This document shows positions 54,750 to 64,000 of a stretch of 64,000 nt of DNA, in pieces; position 1 is the first letter of the stretch, and each line of letters begins with the position of its first letter. Source of the DNA: Perkinsela sp. CCAP 1560/9 (taxonomy: Eukaryota > Protista > Euglenozoa: Kinetoplastea); contig CBFFSA010000003.1 of the NCBI GenBank assembly GCA_965644495.1, positions 310,001-374,000 of the forward strand. Direction: 5' to 3'. Both the position numbers and the translations under genes were made by a program. The notes under the pieces were generated by a model. That model was not told the origin of the DNA, did not search any database, and was given only the letters and a program-made list of their open reading frames with translations.

Positions 54750-57700
54750 CCATAGTCTAACTAGTATACTAGTATATACTAAAACACTAGTATTCGGCTA
54801 GTATATACTATGAGATACTACTTTTTTGTAGACTGGGTATTTACTAATCGTAATCAACGGACGCATGGAAAACCTCAAGCAATTCAACGTTCAAGACAAA
54901 GGAAGCAGGAGAATATGCTGAATGCTTCATTCTCCAACAGTTACTTAACAAATCAACCAATAAACTTCCTTAAAAATCAGGAATTGATTTGGTTTACCAC
55001 AGCGCAGATGCGCACAGAGAGGTGAAAGGATGCTTATCCTGAGCGAAAGTTGAGTCGAGTGCTTGAAAAAGTGAGTTGAGGGGTGAAAGGAGCTCAGATC
55101 TCGCATTCCGCGCACAAACGCTTCCTCACATATTTTTCATTGGTATATGATGTAAGAAAAGAAACAGATCAAGAGCGTGTAGCACGAATATACGAATAAA
55201 ATTAATATATGGTAGTGTAATAAAAAATACTAAACGTGGCTATTTTCATCAATGCATAAATATTTATTTATATGTTATTCTGAATTGATAAAGATACCTG
55301 AAGGAATACTTCAAGGACTTACACGACACTGAGTTAAACCACAGAATCCAGTGCCGACGTCAATACATAGTGCGTAATAGTACAATAAATCGTTGCTGTG
55401 GACTAAAAAAATATTTCGCTTGTTGAACACTGAGAAAAAAACCAGAGAAAAATATCTCAGATACGGAGAAGAAATACCACAAAACGGAGCTCTGGACGTA
55501 CGAATATTATCGCAATATTACCACATATTCTATTTACCGCAATTCAATTGATATTTACCGCAATGTATACCCTGTATGCTACGATACTCTATATGTATGA
55601 TACTCTGTGCGCCATGTAGTTCGATATTATTTAATATGGAGTGTTCCGTGTCAGATCCACGCTTTGCCGCCTTTTTTGCACGACTTGTACGATACGGTAG
55701 CGAGTTCTCGTTTCCGCGAAGAAACATTTGTGTCGCTACAACATCTGTTCCAATGCGAGCTTGACGGGCACAATATTTCCAGGAAAGCACCGAAAGGATA
55801 GAGTCACATGCCGTCACTAGCGGAGGAAGCCATAGGTAATGCAATGCAGCTTCAAAAATTGTCGGAAAATGTTTCAACCCAAGTGTTTGCCACCACTCAA
55901 GATCGCTCATGCCGGGTGTCCACTGGTAATCGTCGCAGTTTACGTACGTACTCCATTCCTCAATAGTAGTGTCGAAAATCGGGTCGCCAGTTCCCAACAA
56001 ATCATTTACCCGTTCCACTGAAAGGGATTCCTTCTTGCGAGGTCGAGCGGATAAGACGACCCACTCAGACGAAAACCACATCACAGCTGCCCATACCTTC
56101 ATCTCGTGGTTTGAGCATACTCTATTGACGTGCCGATGTATCGACTCTAAGAAATGCCTGAGTGAATTCTCAGCAGACTCGACAAGCTGTCGCAAAGTTG
56201 GATGAACAAGAGTTGCCATAGGACGATCCTGCATGTCAGAGAATTTTTCTTGTGCGATGCGTAACGGCATACAGTCTTTCAGGAAATCCTTCGCAGTCTG
56301 CATCAAGTCGTTCAAAGAGTTGTTTTCGAACAAATCAGCCAAATGGTGGACAGATTGAGGGGCTCGCAGAGTTTCCAGTTCACTTTTTATGAAGGATGCG
56401 ACAGTAGGCAACTGATCAGCCAAAAACCTCATGCTTTCGAATTTATCCGCGAGCCATCGCGTGACCCCGCCAAGTTTGGGAGAAGTGACGGCTCGAATTT
56501 CATGAGAATGTGCAATGGATTTCACCACACTAGCACCTTTCGCAATTAGAATCTCACATTGGTCTTCTATTTCCAGAGTTTGATTCAGTTCGGCAAACAC
56601 ATCGCGTGCCTTTAAAGATACTTTCGAGAGAGTTTGCAATGCTTCCTTGAGATGAGCTATGGTGTCCCTGCGACCCCTCTTGTCAAGTTTTTCGCTGTTC
56701 ACAGAACGATAAAGAGATTTAAAGTACGATTCAGCTTTTTGAGTCTCTTCGTCAAAGGCGCTTAATATATCTTCAAGAGCTTTTCCGAAATACTTCCCCT
56801 TCTTTGCCCCCACACGGTCCCCTGCATAGAAAATCCTGGAGAAGTATGTTCTTACTTTCACAATTGGCAGATTTGCGTAGTGCTGCATTGCATCTTTGGC
56901 CATATTATGAAACAAGTGTCCGAAGCATGGTAATAGCGCGACACGTGGACAGTGCTTCGTCACGCCAATTACAATGTTCTCCCGGTCCGTGCTTCCGATA
57001 GAGCTGAGGCGCGAGTAAAATTCTTCCTCTGCGGAAACAAGAGAGTCACGAATGCCTAACATAGTGGTTTCTATTTCCTGCCTAGCCACATTATTTACTG
57101 GGGCTCCGTCTGCCATTATGAATCGCAACTTTAGGAGTCGGCTCTCGGAGAGGCATGACCGAAGTACTTCTATCAGGGATTGTGCCATCTCGCTACCGTT
57201 AAATGATTTGTGCTTAGGGTGGTAGATAGGTGGGAGAATAAAGTGGCGATCCACAACATACAAAATGGCGATAAGTACATGTTCGCTAAGAACCCTGTCA
57301 ACTTCACCGTCGATGGCGAGGCCAAAGAATTTAGCTCCATCTATGGTTCGTCGAATGTCTTCCCAGATCATGTCGGCAATTCGACGTTCACTCATATGAA
57401 ATTCGCGAGGAGAAGGAAGGATCGATGCAGCTTCTGAAGGATGTATGTCGGGGGGAAATTCTTGAAATAAGTTCTTTACGCACTCGAGGAATCCTTCGGT
57501 AGAAAGATTGCTCTGAGCTGCGAAACATGGGAGAGCTTCGGAGATGTACTCCTCTAGCGACTTGGGATTTGCAACTTCACTGGAGTCTTCCATCCCCTGC
57601 TGCGCCTTCGAGCTTTCTTGTGTTTTCGGGGGTGGGGGTTGAAGGTGCGCTTTCCGAGTTCTTTGAACGTTGCGTCATTTAAAACAGTGAGTGACAAGGT

Positions 57701-57908
57701 GATTAAAGGAAGTGATAAGGTGTAAACAAAAAGGCTGAGCAATACTTGTGTACCAGTCCTAAATGTCGCAATAAAGACAAATCTTTCCATTCATATACAG
57801 GGAAAAACTACATTTCTATAGACACTTAATAAGATTATAGACACCTTCGAAAAGTAGTATCTCATAGTATATACTATAGTATATACTAAAATACTAGTTA
57901 GACTATGG
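54750..57908 (-). mobile_element. hAT-like DNA transposon
   Basis: 18-bp perfect TIR CCATAGTCTAACTAGTAT plus inner inverted AGTATATACTATGAGATACTACTTTT; TTTA duplicated at 54746-54749 and 57909-57912. Confidence 0.88.
55530..57593 (-). CDS. hAT-like transposase
   Basis: FGLAIDG (D), IMADGAPVN (D), PCFGHLFHN (CxxH), VTRW, EWW...FPTI..AALHYLWLPPLVTACDSILS (dimerisation-domain-like; D where hATs have E). Confidence 0.8.
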   Translation of the reverse strand: MEDSSEVANPKSLEEYISEALPCFAAQSNLSTEGFLECVKNLFQEFPPDIHPSEAASILPSPREFHMSERRIADMIWEDIRRTIDGAKFFGLAIDGEVDRVLSEHVLIAILYVVDRHFILPPIYHPKHKSFNGSEMAQSLIEVLRSCLSESRLLKLRFIMADGAPVNNVARQEIETTMLGIRDSLVSAEEEFYSRLSSIGSTDRENIVIGVTKHCPRVALLPCFGHLFHNMAKDAMQHYANLPIVKVRTYFSRIFYAGDRVGAKKGKYFGKALEDILSAFDEETQKAESYFKSLYRSVNSEKLDKRGRRDTIAHLKEALQTLSKVSLKARDVFAELNQTLEIEDQCEILIAKGASVVKSIAHSHEIRAVTSPKLGGVTRWLADKFESMRFLADQLPTVASFIKSELETLRAPQSVHHLADLFENNSLNDLMQTAKDFLKDCMPLRIAQEKFSDMQDRPMATLVHPTLRQLVESAENSLRHFLESIHRHVNRVCSNHEMKVWAAVMWFSSEWVVLSARPRKKESLSVERVNDLLGTGDPIFDTTIEEWSTYVNCDDYQWTPGMSDLEWWQTLGLKHFPTIFEAALHYLWLPPLVTACDSILSVLSWKYCARQARIGTDVVATQMFLRGNENSLPYRTSRAKKAAKRGSDTEHSILNNIELHGAQSIIHIEYRSIQGIHCGKYQLNCGK

Positions 57909-60712
57909 TTTACTGACGCATCTATGCAAGGGTGGGGTGCAGTCCTCAATCTTCCCACAGGAGAAGTTTACGCGACAGGAGCACCATGGATAAACCAAAT
58001 GGAAATAAATGCTGGTGAAGCCATTGCGGTGGAACGAGCATTAAATTTATTTCAACATCACTGGCAAAAGTTTAAAAACATCCACCTGCGCATCGACAAC
58101 ACAAGTGTTTTAGCCGCATTACGGAAAAAATGGAGCGACTCCGAAGGAATATCAAGTACATTGAAGCGCCTTATAGAATTTCAAGACCACAACAAGGTAA
58201 ACATAACGCAGTCATACGTGCGAAGCAGAGAGAACTTGGCTGATAGCTGGAGCAGAGAGTTCTACTAAAGTTATATTAGTTTGCATTTCATCTAAAATTG
58301 GTTTTTGATTAATTGTGAGCTGACTATATGATTAGTTTTAAGACATTACTCCATAGATCGGGGGCCGCCGAAATATGGGGAATAGAACGAAAGATGATAC
58401 TTGGGTGCGGATTTTCTTTAAAAAATAATAATATCGAAATTATTATACCTACCAGTATAGTTTTCTTTTCTTTGTCAACGTGCGAAAGGGATATATACTT
58501 GCGATTGGGCCGAAACTAACGAGGACGAATACGAGGATAAAGCCCAAGCTTGAGTATATAGTTAGTGAGAAACTTTCATTGTTTTTGACTATATCATAGA
58601 AGGGCCCATAAATATACCTTTACTAATATACATGAGCTTGTAAAATATGTAAGCACGATATAGTAGCGGGAGATAATCTTTACTATACTGCATAGGAATT
58701 ATTCTATACGATTACCGCCCCATGTATGCATTCCGAGAGAATTATGTAAACTTGTGTTAGTAATTATACTCGGAAAGTCAGGTAATCGTTCAGTTCAAAG
58801 ATATGATTTTATTGAACATTAGAAACCATTTCCATAAGTTAAAAGTTTTCCCACCCACCCACCCACCCAGGGCCGAAACTAACGAGGACGAATACGAGGA
58901 TAAAGCCCAAGCGTGAGTATATAGTTAGTGAGAAACTTTCATTGTTTTTGATTATATCATAGAAGGGCCCATAAATATACCTTTACTAATATACATGAGC
59001 TTATAAAATATGTAAGCACGATATAGTAGCGGGAGATAATCTTTACTATACTGCATAGGAATTATTCTATACGATTACCGCCCCATGTATGCATTCCGAG
59101 AGAATTATAAACGTACAAAAGGGAAGGGACAACCCTTTGTTCGTTTACAACAGACATTATAATGCTTTTTTATTATTAGCAAAATCGACATCGAACTGGC
59201 GTGCGGGATAAAAATTGTATAAGACTTGCGATCGGGTGGTCGCCGCCGAGGCTACCCGTTCGCTAGAGAATATGCAGTTCGATGGAAATATTGTTAATGG
59301 GGTACCCCTTTTTGATTTTAGCATAAGACGCATGTTTTTGCAGAAAAGTGATGATATACTCAGAAGAGATCATAGCAATTTTATCGTACACAAAACAAAC
59401 TTGAAGACATTTAGTTTATTTAGTTTTACGTATTTTAGAGAATATGATCGACGCAGCGAAATTCTTGAAGTCTACGGAAAGAATTTTTCTAGAAGATTAT
59501 ATAGGTTATTGAGATGATTTTATAGCATAGTGATTGTATTTCATATGTTCAAGTTGATATGTAGAATATTGGTTCATACGTTTTCATCTGTGCGTATAGA
59601 TTTTATTCTCGCTTTACGAACAAAAAAGAAAGCCCACCCACCATCCCCCATCCACTCGCCGCCGAGGCTACCCGTTCGCTAGAGAATATGCAGTTCGATG
59701 GAAATATTGTTAATGGGGTACCCCTTTTTGATTTTAGCATAAGACGCATGTTTTTGCAGAAAAGTGATGATATACTCAGAAGAGATCATAGCAATTTTAT
59801 CGTACACAAAACAAACTTGAAGACATTTAGTTTATTTAGTTTTACGTATTTTAGAGAATATGATCGACGAAGCGAAATTCTTTTGAGTCTGTTGATGGGG
59901 GTAAGCAGGATTACTCCCGAGGTACGCGTGGCATTGGACGCGATGTCCGGAATGTGGAGCTCGTCGACGTGGGAAACACGAGCAAGGTTGTGGGAAAGGT
60001 TCCTGGTATATTGCACCGGGAATCATATAAGACAGACACCCCTTCACGCAGTGACGTTCGTGCAACTTCTGCCAGTGTCAATACAAACCAAGGTGTCCTA
60101 CGGAAGGGCGCTAATGACCTTATTCAACCTGATCGGATTAAATACTGTCCCAATAAAATTCTTTTGCAAAGCTCTTCAGGGACAAGGAGCAGAGGAGCCA
60201 GTACATCAGATGCAGCCGTTGACACCATTCCTACTGAACAAGATACGAAGAAGGTGCACCCAATCCGAAAGTCAAACATTGCTAATGTGCTGGAAGGCAG
60301 CATCCCGTTGGTCCGAAACCGCCAATTTGACCAAGGACAAATTCGTGGAAATATCACCGCAAAAGATTGTAATTGCTTGGGGAAGGGGGACAAAGGCTAC
60401 AAGGTGCAACCCGTGGCGCGAATCGATGTACACAGTCATCCAGGGCCAGGGCACAATCGAATTGGCTCAATACGTACGTACGCTCAGGTCATGGGATCGA
60501 ATGTGCCGGACAAATGTGAGAGAGATGGACAGGAATATAAAGAGGGTGCTGGGAGAGGGTTTCGGCACACATTCCGCCAAGAGAGGGGCGGTAACGCAAT
60601 TATTCCAGGAAGTTGTCAAGGGGACAGTGGGAATCGAAGATGTGAAAAAATTAGCGAAGCACCAGCAAATCGAGTCCCTGTTGCGTTACAATTCAAACCC
60701 AGTTACCACCGC

Positions 60713-61068
60713 CAGTTACCACCGAGACATTGCAGCGTGAGAATGACACCGCCCGGTACCGGATATAACAAGGTACTAAGGAACTAGGGTGGGTGTCATT
60801 CAGCATAATCTTTGGAATGTGTTGTGTTTTTTCACTTCAAAAGAAGTGTTTTTTTAAGAAGAAGATAATAGAATAAAGAATATTTTCTTGTAGCATATAA
60901 AAGGAGTTAAAAAAGATAAGCTGGCTGCTCGCGCTCGATCTGGTCAAATCTTCGGATTTGACTTGCGTGCTGCGTGGCACAGCTCCTAGCAAGCGATAAG
61001 GGGGGGCTTGTCCTAGGGAGGTAACATCTCCTCGGAGATATATTGCCTAAAAATCATCAAATCATCAT
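60713..61068 (+). mobile_element. Short structured SINE-like insertion (family A, copy 4) in the YR/pol overlap
   Basis: 13-bp TSD CAGTTACCACCGC (60700-60712, 61069-61081); hairpin 60741-60801; 3' stem-loop; (ATC)n-like tail; removal restores YNSNPVTT|ALALGT. Confidence 0.9.
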
Positions 61069-62779
61069 CAGTTACCACCGCGCTAGCTCTAGGAACGGGG
61101 AAGGCGACAGCCAAACTGAGGACGCTTTAGCAATGAAGGAGTTATTTCGAGAATATTTGCGGGACATGCCGCAGGAAAAGCATCGATACACGATTGTACG
61201 TACCAGACGTACGACAAAATTGGCCACGGAGGAAGATTTAAAGCTACCACTGCACGTAAAGAAAATTCCTAAAATGGATGTCAATGAAATTGAGAACATG
61301 ATGAATGGAAGTACAAGAAACCAGTTTAGAGAAACGTTGAATACTTTGTTGGATCGGAGGAAGAAACCCGATAGTGAGCCAAAGGTAAATCCACGATTGA
61401 ACATGGAAGATATTAGTCATTTGCTAGACGCACGTATTGTTTCGCGTGTTTCCCCTGAGGAGGAGAACAAAAGACCATCCAATCAATGGGTGATACCGTT
61501 CACAGTAGTTGAGCCTGCGGACGATAAAGGGGAAACGGAGAGGCGGCGCTTCATAGCGTGGACGAAGGAGGATAATGAGCGAATTAAGAACGAGTACATG
61601 CCGCACGTCCCGTTAAAACACGCGGCTTATTATCTCCATCGAGCGCAGGAAGCTTTTGGTGTGAAGCGTGACCTGACATGTGGATTTTATCAAGTACCGA
61701 TTCCGGTAGCAAGTAGAACAAAATTTCGATTTCGCGCAGTAAACGGTGAGTTGTATGAACTTAATGTGATGCCAATGGGGCACCGGTGCGCCCCGGAACT
61801 GATGCACACCATTACATCCACAATCGCAGGAGATCCGGAGTATTGCAGAGCCGAGACGGCGTATACAGGACAGTTTAAGGTCGATGTATATGTGGATGGA
61901 TTGAGAGGTGCAGGTTCACTAGACCAAGTTCAGCAGTATACGGAATTTGTGGAAACTCGCGCGGAGAAAGTTAACGCCACGTTTAAGGATAAAGAAAAGG
62001 AGCCCATGAAGCAGTATGTTTTTAATGGCGTGGAATACAGCCATACCGAAGGTAAGGTAAGAATGGGACCGAGGAGCGTGAAAAAGATGCAAGGCGATAC
62101 TTTTCGGAATGCAACGTACGGAAAACTAGAATCAGCTGTGGGTAGATTAGTCCATGCATCAGCAGTACTGGGAGAACCCTTTGCCAATTACCACTTCACC
62201 TTAAAATTAGTGCGGCGCCGTATAAATGCGTTAAACAATGATCTGACATTATTGGATGTGAAGGTTCATCTTCCCCCCAATGTAACCATGGACTTGACGC
62301 GATGGAAGAAAAAGTTGATTTCAAACATATTCGTGGCGCCGCCGCCTCATCCCGACACTGTACCACATAACCACGTTTTGTATACGGACGCTTCGTCAAA
62401 AGGTTGGGGAGGAATAATATATTTGGACCACGGTTCCGTGATATGTGTGGGAGGTCGCTGGGAAGATGATTTCGATTATGAAGTCAATCGAGCGGAGACG
62501 AGGGCCGTTAGTCTCGCGTTCGAGAAATTGTCGCACCATTTTCAACGAGGTACCTGCGTAGACCTATTTATTGATAATACATCATGCTTAGCTTCCATAT
62601 GCAAAAAATCGACCAAATCGGATGGAATAAATATCGAATTGATAGGTGTACTTAAGTTTTTAAAGAGACAGGGTATAATAGTACAGCCGCATTACATTCC
62701 GTCAAAACTGAACCCTGCGGATCCAATAAGCCGAGGAGGATGGGATTGCGACAATGTGGCGAAAGGGGTGAAAGATTGA
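61069..62779 (+). CDS. RT + RNase H of element 4
   Basis: KRDLTCGFYQV, MPMGHRCAPE, YVDG, YTDASSKGWG, IDN, NPADPISR. Confidence 0.9.
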
Positions 62780-63028
62780 CTGGCGAAAGGGTGGTCCCCG
62801 CGTGGACACCCGTTCGAGAAAGGGAGGGTAGGGAGTTCTCTCCAGGAAAAAGTTCATGAGGTATATAAAATAGATTTGATACTTACTTCGCGAAGTTGAT
62901 ATTACAGTAGTGGTGAAGATAATGTCTTTTACTCTGTTGTCCATGATGGATGTTATATTTCGGTAGCTCTGCAGTTCTACAGATTAAACATTACAGTTTA
63001 CATACGCTTACTATATCTGATTGACTGT

Positions 63029-64000
63029 ATGTTTTTCTTCCGGAAGTGCAATTCGGAGACGACAAACTCAGTGTTCCACGAATGTCAAACACCGCCTCCT
63101 TTGGATCAGCGCACAACTCATAACTTTGGAGACACGGTTTCACCTATCAGCGCAGAAGGAGTAAATACAGGAGTTATGCCCCATGAGAAGCTTAATCGGG
63201 AAGAAGACAAGAGCCAAGAAGCGATTGCTCATGAAATGCGATTATCAATCCGACCCGGAGTTGATTTTCCGATGGCATTTGAAAAACTGCAGGAAGAAGC
63301 CGAGAGCTCCGAAGTAGGACACAAATGCGCAGTGGCCTGGTGTTTCGATCAACAGCCTTTGTTGAACATATCTTCAGGGACAGTGCAATCCGCGAAACGG
63401 AAATATGGCAAAAGACAGGTCGTTCTTTCATACGAAGGAATTTATGGACATAAGGAAGGAAATGGCTTCACGGGGGTGCTTCCACCGCAAACGAGCATAC
63501 GCATCTACAAGATCATATGGCTGAGAATTGGAGGAATTGCTAAAACGGAAAAAAGTAAAGCTGACGATCGCAAGACCACGTCTACGCAACCCAAGGTGAA
63601 TCACACTGAAAACGACCTAGATTTCGAACCTTTGCCCACTAGTAAAAGCATCGAAGCGGAATTCATACCTTGTGTTATCTCCATATACCGCGAGCTGATG
63701 AGGGACTATTCAGACAGTTCCTACGAATATCGGAATAAGGTATGGAACAGAGTCCTGTCCGCCATGAAGTTCTCTTTGACCACGATTCGCGAGGCCAGTA
63801 AGAAGCGTCGTCGGAGACGACCGTTCCCCGAACCTTTGTCCCACAATGTAGAGCAAAACGAAGATTCTAAAGACAATAGAGCAATTAAAAAAGCCACGCG
63901 GCTTATTTTGGAAGGTTGTGTCACCAAAGCCACCAAGGCTCTGGACCAAGAAAACCAAACGAGCATATTGTCGGATCAAGAAATCCTTAAAAAGCTGCGA
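63029..64000 (+). CDS. Probable CRE-clade non-LTR ORF (region upstream of RT), runs off the right edge
   Basis: Manual translation is open to the window end (not in ORF track) and ends ...KKRRRRR...RAIKKATRLILEGCVTKATKAL...EILKKLR, resembling the CRE pre-RT helix motif. Confidence 0.55.
   Translation, partial: MFFFRKCNSETTNSVFHECQTPPPLDQRTTHNFGDTVSPISAEGVNTGVMPHEKLNREEDKSQEAIAHEMRLSIRPGVDFPMAFEKLQEEAESSEVGHKCAVAWCFDQQPLLNISSGTVQSAKRKYGKRQVVLSYEGIYGHKEGNGFTGVLPPQTSIRIYKIIWLRIGGIAKTEKSKADDRKTTSTQPKVNHTENDLDFEPLPTSKSIEAEFIPCVISIYRELMRDYSDSSYEYRNKVWNRVLSAMKFSLTTIREASKKRRRRRPFPEPLSHNVEQNEDSKDNRAIKKATRLILEGCVTKATKALDQENQTSILSDQEILKKLR

Larger units (their letters stand above)
52193..58268 (+). pseudogene. 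Pol of element 3: frameshifts near 53600 and 54520, RNase H split by hAT
   Basis: KRDLKCGFFQI, MPMGHMCAPE, YLDG; EIFT|DASMQGWG rejoined across the hAT; IDN; ENLADSWSR. Confidence 0.85.
50907..59108 (+). mobile_element. YR retrotransposon 3, nested in element 2, complete termini, interrupted by hAT
   Basis: A1 50907-51010, B1 58507-58745 directly abutting A2 58745-58848, linker 58849-58869, B2 58870-59108; no TSD. Confidence 0.92.
44886..59882 (+). mobile_element. YR retrotransposon 2, carrying a LINE in gag and YR element 3 in its 3' region
   Basis: A1 44886-44919, B1 59240-59466, A2 59598-59631, linker 59632-59655, B2 59656-59882. Confidence 0.88.
59883..63000 (+). mobile_element. YR retrotransposon 4, 5'-truncated (no gag), 3' repeats not seen
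   Basis: YR 59885-60712 + 61082-61130 (ASRWSETANL, HSAKRGA, AKH, LLRY); pol to 62779. Confidence 0.88.

Noticed and set aside
55530-57593. Fanzor/TnpB or piggyBac protein
   Set aside because: No RuvC/Zn-finger layout or piggyBac motifs; CxxH, TRW and WW..FP motifs point to hAT. No TnpB-like ORF was recognised elsewhere in the window
58849-58869. Telomeric repeat
   Set aside because: Unit is CCCA, not CCCTAA; internal to the element and variable among elements
59688-59882. N-terminal extension of the element 4 recombinase (and ORF 59215-59517)
   Set aside because: It is the B repeat of element 2 fused by a rearrangement; fortuitous reading frame

Overview
Eukaryotic DNA, most consistent with a non-trypanosomatid kinetoplastid or other euglenozoan. 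This rests on intron-less genes all on one strand, a kinetoplastid-like eS1 N-terminus, a long RSM22, CRE and VIPER-type retroelements, and spliced-leader-like motifs. 1-6.8 kb is a compact minus-strand housekeeping cluster: FtsH/m-AAA protease, uS9/RPS16, CK2 beta, p24/GOLD, an ATP-grasp+SET fusion and eS1/RPS3a. From about 7 kb on, the window is almost entirely nested mobile DNA around one host gene (RSM22). It includes Tc1, pogo-like, hAT, Merlin and PIF/ISL2EU DNA transposons, HERO-like, CRE and RT-RNaseH non-LTR elements, and short, highly structured non-coding retroposons. It also holds a 24-kb cluster of four divergent tyrosine-recombinase retrotransposons (gag-YR-RT/RH) with split direct repeats. 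Most notable signals: (1) The pol frame is overprinted stop-free across the recombinase gene in all four YR elements. In the three copies that retain gag, gag ends with a slippery heptamer, a stem and an in-frame stop, suggesting one RNA switch that makes Gag, Gag-YR (readthrough) and Gag-Pol (-1 frameshift). (2) Their RTs all have YxDG instead of YxDD, and there is a conserved CCCA-rich linker between the A2 and B2 repeats. (3) A family of structured SINE-like RNAs shows covarying stems and spliced-leader-like and anti-SL motifs. All assignments were made by eye; no database searches or folding programs were run.
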